Positions 12,109-24,910 of a DNA stretch of 64,000 bases are shown here, in pieces. Numbering within the stretch: position 1 is the first letter of the stretch; each line of letters begins with the position of its first letter. A program made the translations under genes and the position numbers. The notes under the pieces were generated by a model, which had not been told where the DNA came from, searched no databases, and worked only from the letters and a program-made list of their open reading frames with translations. This stretch comes from Rhodosorus marinus CCMP1338 (taxonomy: Eukaryota > Plantae > Rhodophyta), in contig JAMWBK010000003.1 in the NCBI GenBank assembly GCA_029953675.1, positions 620,001 through 684,000 on the forward strand, written 5' to 3'.

Positions 12109-12494
12109 TACTAAACAAAAAACCTAATTACATTGGTTGATTACCACGTCTACCACAAACCCACTAGCTACCTTACAAAGGGGCAAGAGAGTCTCCTTCC
12201 GTCTTCCCACGTTCATTTGTACTATCACAAGGGCAGCTCTGGGCCTATACGGGAAGACTAAACAAGCGACAGTTCAGACCAAGGAACGAAGGAGTGCCCT
12301 TTCAGCACGGCCTCCGCTGAAAAGCCTCTCTGCTGATCTTCACGATTGCTCGTGTATGAACTCTCTAGCCAACCCGCTTGTAGGAGATCCTTTACACGGC
12401 AACCGGACCACCGAATGGGGAATCTTTCAAAATCGTCAGTAAACACAATGATCCAATTTGGGAGAGCCGAAGAGAGCACTTCATCCTAGCCACC

Positions 12495-15400
12495 TCAATC
12501 CCAATACTTGATCAACCCATCCCATCCACAGCTCGCAACTTTCGAAGGTTCAGTTGGATGCCACTCAATCCCTATTGCCACTCCATCATGCGCCTGTTGA
12601 ACGAGAAAGGAATAGGCACCGAGCATTGAGCACATATGGCATACATCGGACGGAAAATATATGTATATATATATTGGACAGCTGAGCAGCGCAATCCTCA
12701 CCTTAAGACTTCTGAATATTCTTGTCGTCTTCCAGTCCCAGAAGAACAAACGACCAGTAGAGTCACCAGAACCCAAAAAGCGTCCATCCGGAGCGAATGC
12801 CAACTGACAAGCATACCCAGCAACAAGATGACCCCTGAAGTTCTTCTTACTATTGAGTTTGAACCGATTCTGAGTTGCATAGGTTATAACCTGACAGGCG
12901 AAAACAGGAAATTCGACTTGTCAGATTGGTCTCTTTGCCACCAGCTTTCTTGGAAAGGATGAGCACGAGAGAATGCTGCTCCTTCCCCGGATGACCGTAA
13001 CTAGTTGGAGCTATAGCCTGGCCTTTTGTGCTCAAGAAGAACTGGGAAAGGCCGTTTGCAAAGCGCTCAGCATACCTGGTTGTCCAAGCTTTGACAGCAG
13101 ACCCACTTCCCGTTGGGGTGTGGTGCTACTGCTGGCATGGAGTGCATGGTCGGGTCAGAGATATACTTGATGACGACGGGAATTCCCCACTCCCAAACGC
13201 GAAGTGTCTTGTCGTCTGACGACGATACAAATCTACGGTTCTGGTCAATGAAGGTTATCGTGTTTACGGCTCCAAGGTGTTGGTTATACTCCTGGACAAT
13301 CTGCTCGACACACGAAGCGACACATACGGGGATTCTTGTCAGCGTTCTTCTGCGCAGTTGGAACACCCTTTCGCAGCGAGAGACATGACATGAAACCATG
13401 CTGGTCGATTTCCGATGCTTACCTCGCCTGATCGAGTGTCATATTGAACTATCTTCTTGTCTGAGCAGCCTGCGACAAACTCGTTCTGCTTGTCCTCGTC
13501 AGGATTGTACTTGATACAATAAGGTATCGCACGGTTGGAGAAAGTACTGATGTATTGTCCTAAGCCGGAAGACGATCAATCCACAGGGTCAGGATAATGA
13601 ATACTAGAAGTAAACTCCTCCTCGGAACTCCCTAGGGACAAACCGCTCTCACCTGTTTCCGTATCCCAAAGCTTGACAGTCCGATCATAGCTGGCGCTAA
13701 GAAAGTGCTTCCCATCTCCACTGAATGCCACGTCCCTCACAGACTTGCCATGACCAGAGTACGTGCGATAGCATTTTCCGTGCGAACCAACGTCCCATAT
13801 CTTCACCTGGGAATCCATTCCAGCGGACAGGAGGAGATGGCCATACTTGGGAAAGAATCGAACAGCAGAAACACCCTAACCCAAAAACAAAAACAAAACT
13901 GAACCAAGATCAGAAATTGACCAAGACCCTTCGAGGTCCTCCAAGCATATGACCACCAGGCTCAAAGCGCCACGCTTCGAAGACGAGTTTCAAGTCATAG
14001 GAACATGAACATTTACGCAGCCCTCATCCGAGTTGTTACTGCTAGTCCAGCTGTCTTCAAAAACGGTCTATTTCTGACAAGAGTGCTAAAAGTATACGCA
14101 ATCTATTCCAACTGGTACCGCTGTGCCTCTACAGAAGCGAAGCGATTGTATTCGAGCACAAGCCATGGGCGCTCATGACACTCGGATACCATGAAGATGG
14201 AAGCCATCTTTGCCGTGCTTATCGGCCCGGTCGATGAGGAACTTGGGGAATGGGTGAATATGAGAGGAAAATGGTTCCTAGGCCTCACCTTTTTATGTCC
14301 TGACCAGACATGAATGCATTTCTTCGGAATATACGAAGTGTATACTTCCATTTCGTCAATAGTTTTCGCGTGCTTTGGAGGTTTGATGTAAGAAGACCTG
14401 TGCAAGAAGATCATCGTTTCGAGAGCGTTCCCTGGTTAGTTCCGGAGGCGGATTAGAAAGAAAAGCCTTGGAAGCAAATGATAGAGACCAATTGTTCCTT
14501 TCTTCCGAGACGGTCAGGAGGGACGATCTAGAAAGGGTGGATCAAGGTTGCAAAGAAGGAATGACAAACCTTCCACCGAGATCCTTGGCGTTTCCATGGT
14601 ATGTGCTCGTCGGTTTAACTTCTTGCTGATCACCGTCCCTCTCCAAGGGAACGGGTAGATTCATCCGCCTATCCTCCACCGGAAACTCTCTTCTTCTCTT
14701 CGACCCTTCTTCATCCTCCGTTCTCCTCTCTTTTCCTACGGGTAAGACGTTTACGGATATTAGCCTTTTCTTAGCCGCATCTGCGCACGCACATCTTGAA
14801 GCGCGAATAAAGCACGGCTGGAAACTTTCTTCCAAGGTTGGTCCCAGATCTTTGTCGGTTATCACCTCAGTTTCCAACCGAACATTTTAGGCAAATACGT
14901 ACTCTTTTTCAGCTTGGATAGTCGTTTAATTCCTTGCTCTCCATCATTCTTATCCAGTGCACCGTATCCTTCATTTCCCCTGGTTTTCCCTCCCAAAGTG
15001 CTCAGTTTCTTATCGCCTTTAATAGTCGCTCCAGTCGGATCTTCGGCCTTCCTGCTGCTCTGGAACGAGTGGTATTGGGTCTCAAAAACGACATCCGGTA
15101 AAATGTGCTCTTCAGCAAAGCCTACCAACACGAACCGAAAAGAAAGCGTGAGAAAAATCAGCCCCGATCTTAGCATAGAAACTTGTGAGCCAAAAAAACG
15201 CTCTTTGCTTTCCTCGAGGGGGGAGAAAAGACGGAAAACCAAATCACACAACGAACAAATCCTTACCTGTGTGTACATTCTTTACACCCCTAGCGATCGT
15301 ACCACCCCCTCGTTTCGCCTCCAGAGGCCCAGAAACTGCTCCCCACATCTCCTCATATGCGGGATTATCCGTAACTGAAGATTCCCCCTGTTTCAAGCCC

Positions 15401-15495
15401 TTTCCAGTACCCAAACTGAGGGTCTCTGGCGCCGTTTCCACGCTCTGTGGTACGATCACTCCATCAACACCTTCTTCCTCCTCTCCAGTTCCCAT
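12495..15495 (-). CDS. CDC40: Pre-mRNA splicing factor PRP17/CDC40 (WD40), multi-exon
   Basis: NPAYEEMW...[40 protein letters not shown]...[28 protein letters not shown]...[44 protein letters not shown]. Start codon uncertain (ATG 15495 assumed). Confidence 0.93.
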
Positions 15496-15869
15496 CGCTT
15501 TCTCCACTTTCTTTCTAAACTCCGAAACTTCTAACCCTTCAGCCCTTCCCCAGAACACAACATCAACCACTCCTTCCAACAACAACCCTCGGAAACCTTA
15601 TCGTTCCATCCCCACGCTCAGCGTCCATACGAAACTCAGCATTTCATACGCTTCGCTAGCGAAACATTAAGTACAAGCCTCGGCCTTGTCAAGAAATTCC
15701 AAACGACTCACACCCTAGAGAAGAGTATGCTCATGTCGGTCGGGTCCTCCCTTCCCCGTGCAGGCATCCGTCAACAGCTTCTCTTGAGAAAGAGATACGA
15801 CCAGAGACTTTCTGTCTGAGCGCCACCACAACAAGCCTGAGAAGAGACTGGATTGTTGAAGTTCGGGCA

Positions 15870-16445
15870 GGAGTCCAACGGAGCACTTGTAAACGACGGT
15901 CTGAGAATTTCAACTGGACATGCTCTGATGAGAGTCCTCACCATCTAAAGAACGGTGACTTCTTGTGAGTGGTCTTGTCCCTAAAGTCATCGTCTCTCAC
16001 AATCGAACTGAATCTGGATTCCTTTTAGCTTGGTTTCCGTCGTAACAGAGTGCTTGTGAACGACAGTCTGAGAATTCAATCGACAAAGCTCTTGATCTGA
16101 GAGTCTTCTCACCGTCTTACGAACTGTGAGTTGCCCCTTTCACCCGGGCTGACCGAAAAGGCATCGTCTCGGACAATCGACCTGAATTCTGGATTCTTTT
16201 TGAGTTTGGGAAGGAGTCGAACGGAGTGCTTGTAAACGACGGCCTGAGAAATAGTTGATAAAGAGCTCTGAGAATCCCACGATCTGAAGGCGTGGTTTGG
16301 CTGGACTGCTATCCTCTTGCCATCTTCTCAAACGGCCATCGACCGCGAGTAGGTCCCTAGTCTCCTTGCCTGAGCACCGACGCCGTTTTGCGTTGGTACG
16401 CTATTGAACAGAGCACTTGTAAACGACGATCTGAGAATTCTTGAC
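15870..16445. repeat. Degenerate tandem array, 4 units of ~167-187 bp with a conserved ~29-bp core
   Basis: Core GAG(C/T)(A/G)CTTGT(A/G)AACGAC(G/A)(G/A)(T/C)CTGAGAA(T/A)T at 15881, 16048, 16224 and 16411. Some inter-core segments also align with each other. Confidence 0.85.
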
Positions 16446-17553
16446 AAGTTCTGAGCGGCCCACGTGCTGAGGATTTTGCACCATTTGTTTGATCCCGAGC
16501 GGGATTCCGCTTCCAAGCTCTTGCGCTTAGGCCTTGCAAGTCAAGCGACAATTACAAAGTTTTCTACACAGGAGTGCGTAGTTGTCGAGTCTATTCACTG
16601 GCGCCGTATTTCGCGCCAGGCTTAATTTCGCTTAATATTCACCACCAATTGGGTACGCATTCGCTCTTGGAGCGATCTAAACTTTTGCACCCTCCACGTC
16701 CCCCGCAAGGAGTGCCTCTCTGCAAAATATTCTATGAAAGATTTTGTGCTACTAGCAGATGTTCTCTTACGTCGCGTCTATGGTTCATGTTTCCAGATTT
16801 TACAACAGCCCATGAAATACACACAAAGAAAGGCTTACAGACCCGTCACAAAAAGAGGTGCACCCGCTCGCCCGGCAGCTCTTCAGATTCGCACTAGGGG
16901 AGCTTCTGTCTAGGGGCGACGTCATCTCCAATTTGCAAGGGAACATTCACGTCGATAACCGAAGCCACTTAAACAACCTCCGTGTCCACTTTGGGGAGAT
17001 ACTATCATCACAACCATTGTTCCTAGCTCTCTGCGCAAGTCCCTCTTTTCTCCGGGTCAACGGACGCGCAACTGGGCAAAATAAATTCTTCTTCGTACCG
17101 AATGCACAAAAGTTAGCATCACTGGGAATACGAAACACATCCAGTCTCAAACGCTCCGTCTCAATTGATCGAAACTACGATGACTTAATCAGCTCTGGGA
17201 AACAAGGAGAGCGTACAGAGTAGTACAAAACAAGTTGCGTTGGTTAGCGCTTTCGACAGAACGGAGTGCCTTAATGCCCCTCTGGAGACGAGCGGCGACT
17301 CCACTTCAAGGCGATTAGGCTGATCACGGGTCTGAACTCCACCAAAACATAAAACTGCTAGCTAAATTTTGACTCCACCCCACCTGGTTGGGAAAGCCTC
17401 CAGTTTGTTCGCCACGACGATCCGAATAAGAGTTTCCAGGTTTGTTTGTTCTGAATTTTTAAACGTCCGGAACAGGTTCTTCCGTTTTTGCCGGTTCTTG
17501 GCTCGTCTTGAAGACGAATACTACGGCACGGTTCGATCTCCGGGACGGTTGAC

Positions 17554-19297
17554 TCAAGACTTTTTGGTCGGCTTGGCCACCCATAGTTGATCAGCAGGTG
17601 TCGTCGGTGAGATGCTTTTTGTTGGCTTCAGGATCTTCGGTTGAGTAACGTCTGTAAGGACCAGGTATTTAACTGGTTAGTGGCACGGTCAACTCATGCG
17701 CAGGTCTACTCGAAACTCGAGATGGCTGCAAAGGCAACGAAGGTTCCCTCCGGGTTCTGGAAACAAACCCCCCCGTATTTAGAGTAGTTCAGCTCATGGA
17801 GACGACGTACCGTTCTTTGGTTTCGAAACCGTTGGCGCGACTAGCTTCCCGTTAGTTCCACCAGAAGCTGGTGCCTTGGCTCCCTTACGCCTTCGAGAAG
17901 ACCGCTTCTTCTCCGCAGGTGCTGATGAGGGTTCCTGAGCTTTGTCCTTCTACGGTCGGAATAGAAGAGAATATGAATATACACGGACTCCTGTCTCGGT
18001 ACGCATCTTTTTGCGGAGAGCACTGCTCTTGCACAAGCGGAAAAATTCTCACCTGGGTCCTCTTGAGAATTGTCAAGTTGTTACTGTTAGGCTGATCTGT
18101 CTCTGCCGTCGTCCCGGCACCAGATTTCGAAGACGCTTTGGATTTTGACTTGATGGAAGAGGTCGACTGGTTCCCTGAGCTGTTTCCTCTCTTGTTCGAC
18201 TTTGACGACGACTTCTTCCCCTCCCTGCTCGCGGAAAAACGACAGGCCTTCTTAAGCAAAGGCTGTGCAGTTGAATAGGGAAAACCTTGCTCTATAAATC
18301 TTTTGAACCCGGCGTACTTTTCTCTTCTCCTCGCGCGCAGCTCAGCCATAAGCGGTGTCACGATTACCTCCCTCGTGGATGCGCTTTTCTGTGATCCTGC
18401 TGAGTATACGGAGTCGAATCTTGCCGTAGACGTGTTCGAGGCCGTCTGAACCTCTTCCGCCCATTCCTCCAGAAAGGCTTTGAAGTTTCCATCATTCTTT
18501 AGCGTACCCTCAAGTTTGCTGAGCTCGATGAAGAAAGAACAGCAAGGTTAGATTCCCCCCCTTGCACTGGACGCCCCCTCGACAATCACATCCAGAGGCA
18601 AGAACAAAAAAAAACATCCCCCTAGTATAATCCACTCACTTCTTCTCCTTCCGCTTTGAAGAAACGGGAATTCTCTGCAACGGAGCCCGCTCTACTCTTG
18701 CTCGGTAGTCAGAGAGGTTCTTTCCATCAGGGAATCGGTACCCGTTGAAGATGTCCTCAAACTTCAACGCCATCTCTACGCTCTTGAAGCTTAAGTAGCA
18801 CCTACAAGTCACCATGCGGATCAAGTCCGTGAGAAACAGCGGAAAATGAAGTGGTTTAGGCAAAGGAGTTCGCGAATGTCCCAAATCGATCCGTTTCCGA
18901 ATTTTGGGGGGGATTACTTGGCTTCAGGTACAAACCTTGAGTTCCGAAATCCAATCGCACTCGACGGAGGCGCTCCTGTGAGTCTCTTCCCAGTTTTGCC
19001 AGGAACAAAATTGCACCACTCCACTTCGAAACCTTCGGAAGCAGCTTTTGCTACTTCCAGGAAACCTTCCTCAGTTAGATTCGGCGGCAGCAACCTCACA
19101 ACTACCTTCACCCCTTTCGAAGACAGTCCAGAACGCCCAGATAGAACTGCACATCCAGTCACTGGCGGCCCTCCCGGCACCTGTCCCTGAGCCCCACTCC
19201 TACCACCCCCACCTCGTCTTCTACGCCCACGTCTACCCGTCCCTCCCTCCTTCTTCTTCCCCGACTCACCCTCCCCTCGCTTCCCCGCGCCTTCCAT
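17554..19297 (-). CDS. UPF3: Nonsense-mediated decay factor UPF3, multi-exon
   Basis: KVVVRLLPPNLTEEGF, SRCYLSFK, FNGYRF, VERAPLQRIP, EGTLKNDGNFKAFLE and TPLMAELR (Smg4/UPF3 RRM-like domain), followed by a basic low-complexity tail. Stop inferred at 17554-17556. Confidence 0.88.
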
Positions 19298-20853
19298 AAC
19301 TCAAACTCAGCTTTACCCCTCACATCTCCCCCAACAAGGTTTCACAACCCCAAAAAGAAATCCTAATCTCTCACCTTCCAGCGCTACCATCACCACGAAC
19401 ACCACCACTCATCCTTGTACCAAATCACGTAACTCCTTCACCTCCAAAATTCCCCTTCGTCCCAAAACCCATCCAACTCCAACTCTCAAATCTTTCTCTC
19501 TCTCTCTCTCTCACACATAGAAACTCTCACGCCCGCAACGCGATTACTCGTCCTTACCACACATCTCTTTGTCCCATCCTACATTCCCATCCATCGCTCC
19601 ACTCCTTCATCACCAGGTCCATCTTCGTCCTCCCTCTCTTAAGCTGACCTCCTGAAACGTCTCAACGTGATCGGACAAACTCGACCGCCCTGGACGAGGG
19701 GGAACTCGTCCTCAAGATGATGTTCAACCTCTTCTCGGTGACGCTAACGCCAGTTTCATGGAGATTGTTTGGTAAGCTCGCACCGGATCACGAGTCAAAC
19801 CCCCTAATCCTGGCTACTTGGGGGAGAGAACCAGTTCCACTTCTGAAACGAAGCTGAACTAGTATTCAGGAGCCGCAGCATGTGTCTGAACCGAGTTCCT
19901 GCGCTTGCGAAGCCAGCTGCTCTGGTATGCTAGCTCCAGATCAGAGTGAAACCTACCGCTGCTTACCTGTCAGTGAATCAACTAGAACTCAGGAGGTGTC
20001 ACAGGAACTAGTTCGATGCAGAACCGTCGGCAGTATCGCTTGGTGCTTCCAGACTGTGATATAACTTTTCAAACGATACTAAACTAGCACTCTTGACTAC
20101 AGTGTAAAACCTCGTACCAGGCCAAGAATCGAAACCCACTGGTTAGAACAAAAGTGTGAAACTAGCCCAATCTTCATCCGGCTGGTTTCGGAAACCTCGC
20201 CCTGGATCGGAGCGAACCTGCTACCTACCCCTGCCAACCAAGTCAACTTGCAAGACGCAGCTGTCGTTCACCGGGTGTTTTCTCGAAGCAGAAGTTTCTA
20301 CCATACAGAATACACAAGCTTCATCCAGCAGTACGTAAAAGAGTTCGAGGGCTATTGCACAAACCAGTGGAACTTATGGTTCAGTGAAAGCACATCCAGT
20401 TCATCGGTTCGATCCGGGACTTCTTTCCGGAGTGAAGGGGTGTGCGCTTGCAGAAGTACACGGAAGTTCACATTGATGAAGTAGCTCGCGAAGCGAATTA
20501 TGACGCCTTGACAGCCCAGGATCAAAGACCGGGACCTCGAGTAGGCCATGGTCTTCATGGATATTCATCATACCATGGGGTAATAACTATTGTTTGTACG
20601 ATGGATTTTACTCGTTGTCGGGAGCAAAGGCTTCACCATCACTCGAGGCGAAACTTTCGCGTGAGCCGTTTTCTTTGATTTCAAATACAGTTCTCATTTA
20701 CTTTTAGACGAAGCCTTCTTCTTCGTTTTTCTGGGTTTGTCGATTTCCGTCCTCGCTCCCCACTTCATCTCCCACCAAGGTAGGAGATGCCAAAAAAAAA
20801 CCTCACTCGCTGGAAGTTCCCAGACAGTAAAAAGCGTAGCAGGAAAAGTGGTT

Positions 20854-23100
20854 TTAAAACTCGAACGCCTTCTTGCCTTTAACGGAACCCCGAAGTGCCA
20901 ATTTCTCCTCATCGCTAAGCTTGGACACTGCGGTCTTGATTTTCACTTCAGTGTACATCTCAGTCGCCTTCTTTCGTTGCATCGGGTTTCCTTTCATCAA
21001 GTCAAAGATTTCTTTCGTGTACGGTGGTTGGCCTCCCTCCTTAAGCACCTCGTTCACAATCGTGAGCTCAGGCTTAGGTGCTGCTGATTTCACGTTTTCC
21101 AAAATTCTCACTCTAAGAGTCTCGTCAAAGGTGAACTTCGCCTCAGTCTCCACCAACGTCTTAAGTTCGTCCTCGCTCATGCTGTGGTAATACGAAAGAA
21201 AAGAGTTCGCGCTATTAGAAAAGCCTTGATCACCAACCCGATCCTTCAAATGCGGATCCTAGCGCTTCGCAGGCTTGAACACGTCTCTTACCTTGCTCTC
21301 AACTTCTCCCGGACGTTGTATGGCTTCACAATCTTCTCAAACGACCCGCCAAGCAGCGATTTCACCCCGTCGCGCTCCTCAAGCAACTCCTTTTCCGTCG
21401 TATTCATCTTCTTTGCGGAGTACGGATCTATCGGGACACCCATAATCTGCGAGAAAACCAGTCTAGTACTGTGAGTTTACGAGGAAAAACACGGCCAAAC
21501 TCCCATTCAAGTCCTCAGGAGCAAGTCATACCTTTCGATAGGTCCGGTCACCAGTGCAGAGTGTCGGCACCGAGTAGTACAGTCCAGGGGTGATTCCATA
21601 TTCACCATGGGAAACCACGCCCATGGACTGCCACTTGTCACCCGATCCAACATGCAAACAGTTGAGGTGATCTACCGCGGCGGCTGCGGCAGACGCAGCT
21701 GAGGACGCGCTGTGGATCGGTGGAGATGTACTGCATGAGTATGGAGCTTTGCCTTTCTTCTAGTCGACGGCATGTAAAGTGCTGCTGGCTGCTTACCCTC
21801 GTGCATCAATGATCTCGGCGCCGCGTTTTTGCACCTTCGGAACAAACTCGCTTTCGTACCACTTCATGTCCACAACAGATTTCGCCCACTTCCCTTTGAT
21901 CGATGCGTGGGAGATGTCGGGGTATTGAGTAGATGAGTGATTGCCCCAGATGATCATCCGGTCGATCTCATCCACGCTGCATCCATACTGAAGAACGATT
22001 GAAAAGCAGAGATTTGAGCTGCTGGTCTACTGGGAGCTGCTGCTCGAATTCTCTGTCTTCCCTACCTTCTCGGCGAGCATGCCCTCGGCTCTGCTTTGGT
22101 CCAGCTTTGTCATGGCCATGAAGTTCTCCGGGTTCATGTCCGGTGCATTGTGCGCTGCGACAAGTGCATTTGTATTCGCAGGATTTCCAACTACAAGAGT
22201 TTTGCAAGATCTCCTCGCAACTTCATTCAGCGCACTTCCTTGCAACTGATTAGGCAAAAAAATGTACCCGGTTATTCAAACCCTTCACGGCTATAGCAAG
22301 TTCCGCAATGATTACACTGTCCGAGCTGAAGACAATGCCCCCATACCTGAAAGATCTTCGCGTTCGCAGTCAGCAAGTCCTTTCTCTCCATTCCCGGTCC
22401 TCTCGGCCTTGCTCCGACTAGGAGCGCATAATCAGCGTCTCCGAAGGCTTCGTGAGGGTCGGAAGACATGGTTGTTCCTGCCAGAAGTGGGAAAGCGGAG
22501 TCATCAAGTTCCATCTTCACTCCCTGGAGCTTTTTCATGCCCTCACCAGGCACCTCTAGCATCTGCAAGATAACAGGCTGGTCTTTTCCAAGCATTTCTC
22601 CACTGGTTTGAGGTACATGGGAAAAACAAAGGAGCAAGCGAGAATGTCTTTTAGCTCCAAGATCACGGGCTCAACAGATTGCAAATGCACCGAAAATTCA
22701 GACAGGGCAGCGGTCAGAGGGAAGATTAGCAAATATTGGAATCATTCACGTGTACATCAGAATTGTAATGTAGGTAAGAATCTTATATTGATTTCGTCAT
22801 TCCGCGACCAAGTGAGTGTTTTCGTTAAAGAAAAACAAAAGAACAAAGAACTCAACGCAAACCAAAAATCCTCATCAAGCAAACAAACGACAAGAAAAAC
22901 AAACCAAACAAGACAATAAAATCAATCATCCGCGAATCTGGTCCGTTTTTATCGCACCTCGCAATCCGCATGACCAGGGCGTATCCGATCGCTCCCGCCG
23001 CGCCCGTCACCGAAACCCTCAAAGGAGGCAGTCCAGTAGTGGACATGGACCGGATCCCAGACCGGCCCAAACGGCCCAACATCGATACCCTCCCAATCAT
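20854..23100 (-). CDS. MDH: Malate dehydrogenase (cytosolic/type-2 family) with N-terminal presequence and probable C-terminal extension, multi-exon
   Basis: [88 protein letters not shown] and [13 protein letters not shown]. The 3' end at 20854 depends on splicing of intron 21182-21291. Confidence 0.92.
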
Positions 23101-24910
23101 CCTCGATCAAAACCCCCCCACCCACCCCCGCCCTCTTCCCCTTCACCCAAGGCCAAATCCTTTCCTTAAATAACAAAAAAGAGCCTTCCAAGTTTGACAA
23201 ATGAAGGAAGCTCTAACTACGCAGCAGCCAACAATCAATCCTTCATCCACACTGCAACCCACGTCTCCCTTCTTCCTCCCCCCACCCACTAAGACACTGC
23301 CAAACCCCCCTACACACTTCCAAGTCTTCCTCCAAAAACTACAGCTGCTGATCTTCATCGAATCGATCGGATCACTTACCTTCCCCTCCTAAAAACAAAC
23401 AAAAAACACCAAAACCACCCTTTTCCGATCCTACATCTTATACCCCCTCTCTCGTATCTCCGAATTCTATTGTTTAAAGCTTATGTTTCATAGTTATTAT
23501 GTTCATGGAACAATCTACTCAGGCCTTGTCAAAATAGTTAAAATCTCCCAAATTATATTTTATACTACGTTTTGTGTTTTCAGAGGGTGGAAACTTAGCT
23601 GCATTTGATACTGTTCTATACTCTTTGTATATATGATACGGTAAGAATTTTTGTGGACTATTGGACGGGTGGATTGGGGTGTGGGATTTCTTTATTGGTT
23701 AAGGCGTTCGAACCGTGTTTTTTTTGGCCCAAAGGGGGGATTGATTCAGGGTGATAAGGGATAGTTGAGGCTGTCTGCTGGATTTCTCGTTGTTGTTTTC
23801 TCTGAGCTTTGCTTGTTTTGTTGCTGCCCCGATGTGGTCTGGTACTCTTAGAGCCTTTTATGAAAGGCCAGCTCTGATTTGCGGTCAGTTCCTAGTTTCC
23901 TGCTTTGTTGGGTGCCTGGTTCTTTGCTCTCGGGAGCTCATTCCTTGTGGAGTCGCAAAAGGTCGGCAGAAGACTTCGAACGCGATCACCGATGTTCATC
24001 TTTTTGGGAGGGGGAGGGGGAGGGCTCGCTAGTATAAATCATCTGAGGGTCTTCTAGTTGAACTTTGAGTGAGAATGTGTATCGCTTCCGCCTAAGTCCA
24101 GGCTGTTTAGTTTTCACGATGCCGGGACGGGGGGAATGATGGTGGCCTGTTCTTTGAGAGTCGCTCCTTGACGAATAAGCGATTCGGATTTCAGTACTGA
24201 TCTTAGCCACGATAGAGGCGCAATCGCAGTTGGGATATCGTCCGAGGTAGTTACTTACCAAATTGAGAACGGCAACGCGGGGAAACCAGAATCAGGAGTG
24301 TGTGTTATTCCAACCCCGGGAGTACAGTAGCAGCATTGGCTCCTCCTGTCTTATTCTCGGACTCTGTTACCACGCTGAACGCTCTGCTGCCACGGAACGG
24401 TCGGAGCCCCCAGAATCATTTTCTCAGTCTCCGACGACGATCACGCACTCTCAGGGTTTCAGTTTCTAGAAGTCCATCGTCCTCCACAAATCCACCCAAA
24501 CACGACTCACCTCCACACACCAAGCAAAACAATACTAGTACACGCCAATTTTACATAGTACATAAAACTAACAGAAACAACAACGCTATATAGATTGAAT
24601 CAATCACTATAAGTAATCTTTGTTTTTGGAGCATTTTGGATCAAATGCGGCCGCCGGCGCCGTGCGATTATTTGATGGTTTTTAGGGGTTTGGGGAGGAT
24701 GCATTGAAAATTTGGTGAGGACGTCCTCTTTTTCAGGAATTGAGAGTGGGGTTTGGATTGCTTGGGTGCGTGGCGTGTGTAAGGTGTGGGGGAGAGGAAG
24801 TTCGCTGTTGGTTTTTGGGGTGGGTGGTATTATCTTGTAGGGATAGAGGATAGAACAATTATCTATCTCTCTATATATATATTAGTAGGAACGAGGTAGA
24901 GAGATTTGAC

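Noticed and set aside
15920-15965. Hammerhead ribozyme suggested by CTGATGAG at ~15926
   Set aside because: No GAAA core follows a plausible stem II.
16230-16245. Similarity of TTGTAAACGACGGCC to the M13 forward primer / lacZ vector sequence
   Set aside because: Not an exact match, embedded in a diverged genomic repeat, and without flanking vector sequence.
15881-16440. CRISPR-array or C/D snoRNA-cluster reading of the four-core array
   Set aside because: Spacers are ~140-155 bp and partly homologous to each other, with no cas genes in a eukaryotic context. CTGA follows each core, but only one TGATGA is present, and complementarity to the LSU rRNA sequence ACCGUCGU is only ~8 nt.
19640-20680. 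Possible spliced plus-strand gene between UPF3 and MDH
   Set aside because: Protein-like stretches (VNLQDAAVVHRVFSRSRSFYHTEYTSFIQQ; KYTEVHIDEVAREANYD) are present, but exon phases conflict and no start codon or family could be assigned.
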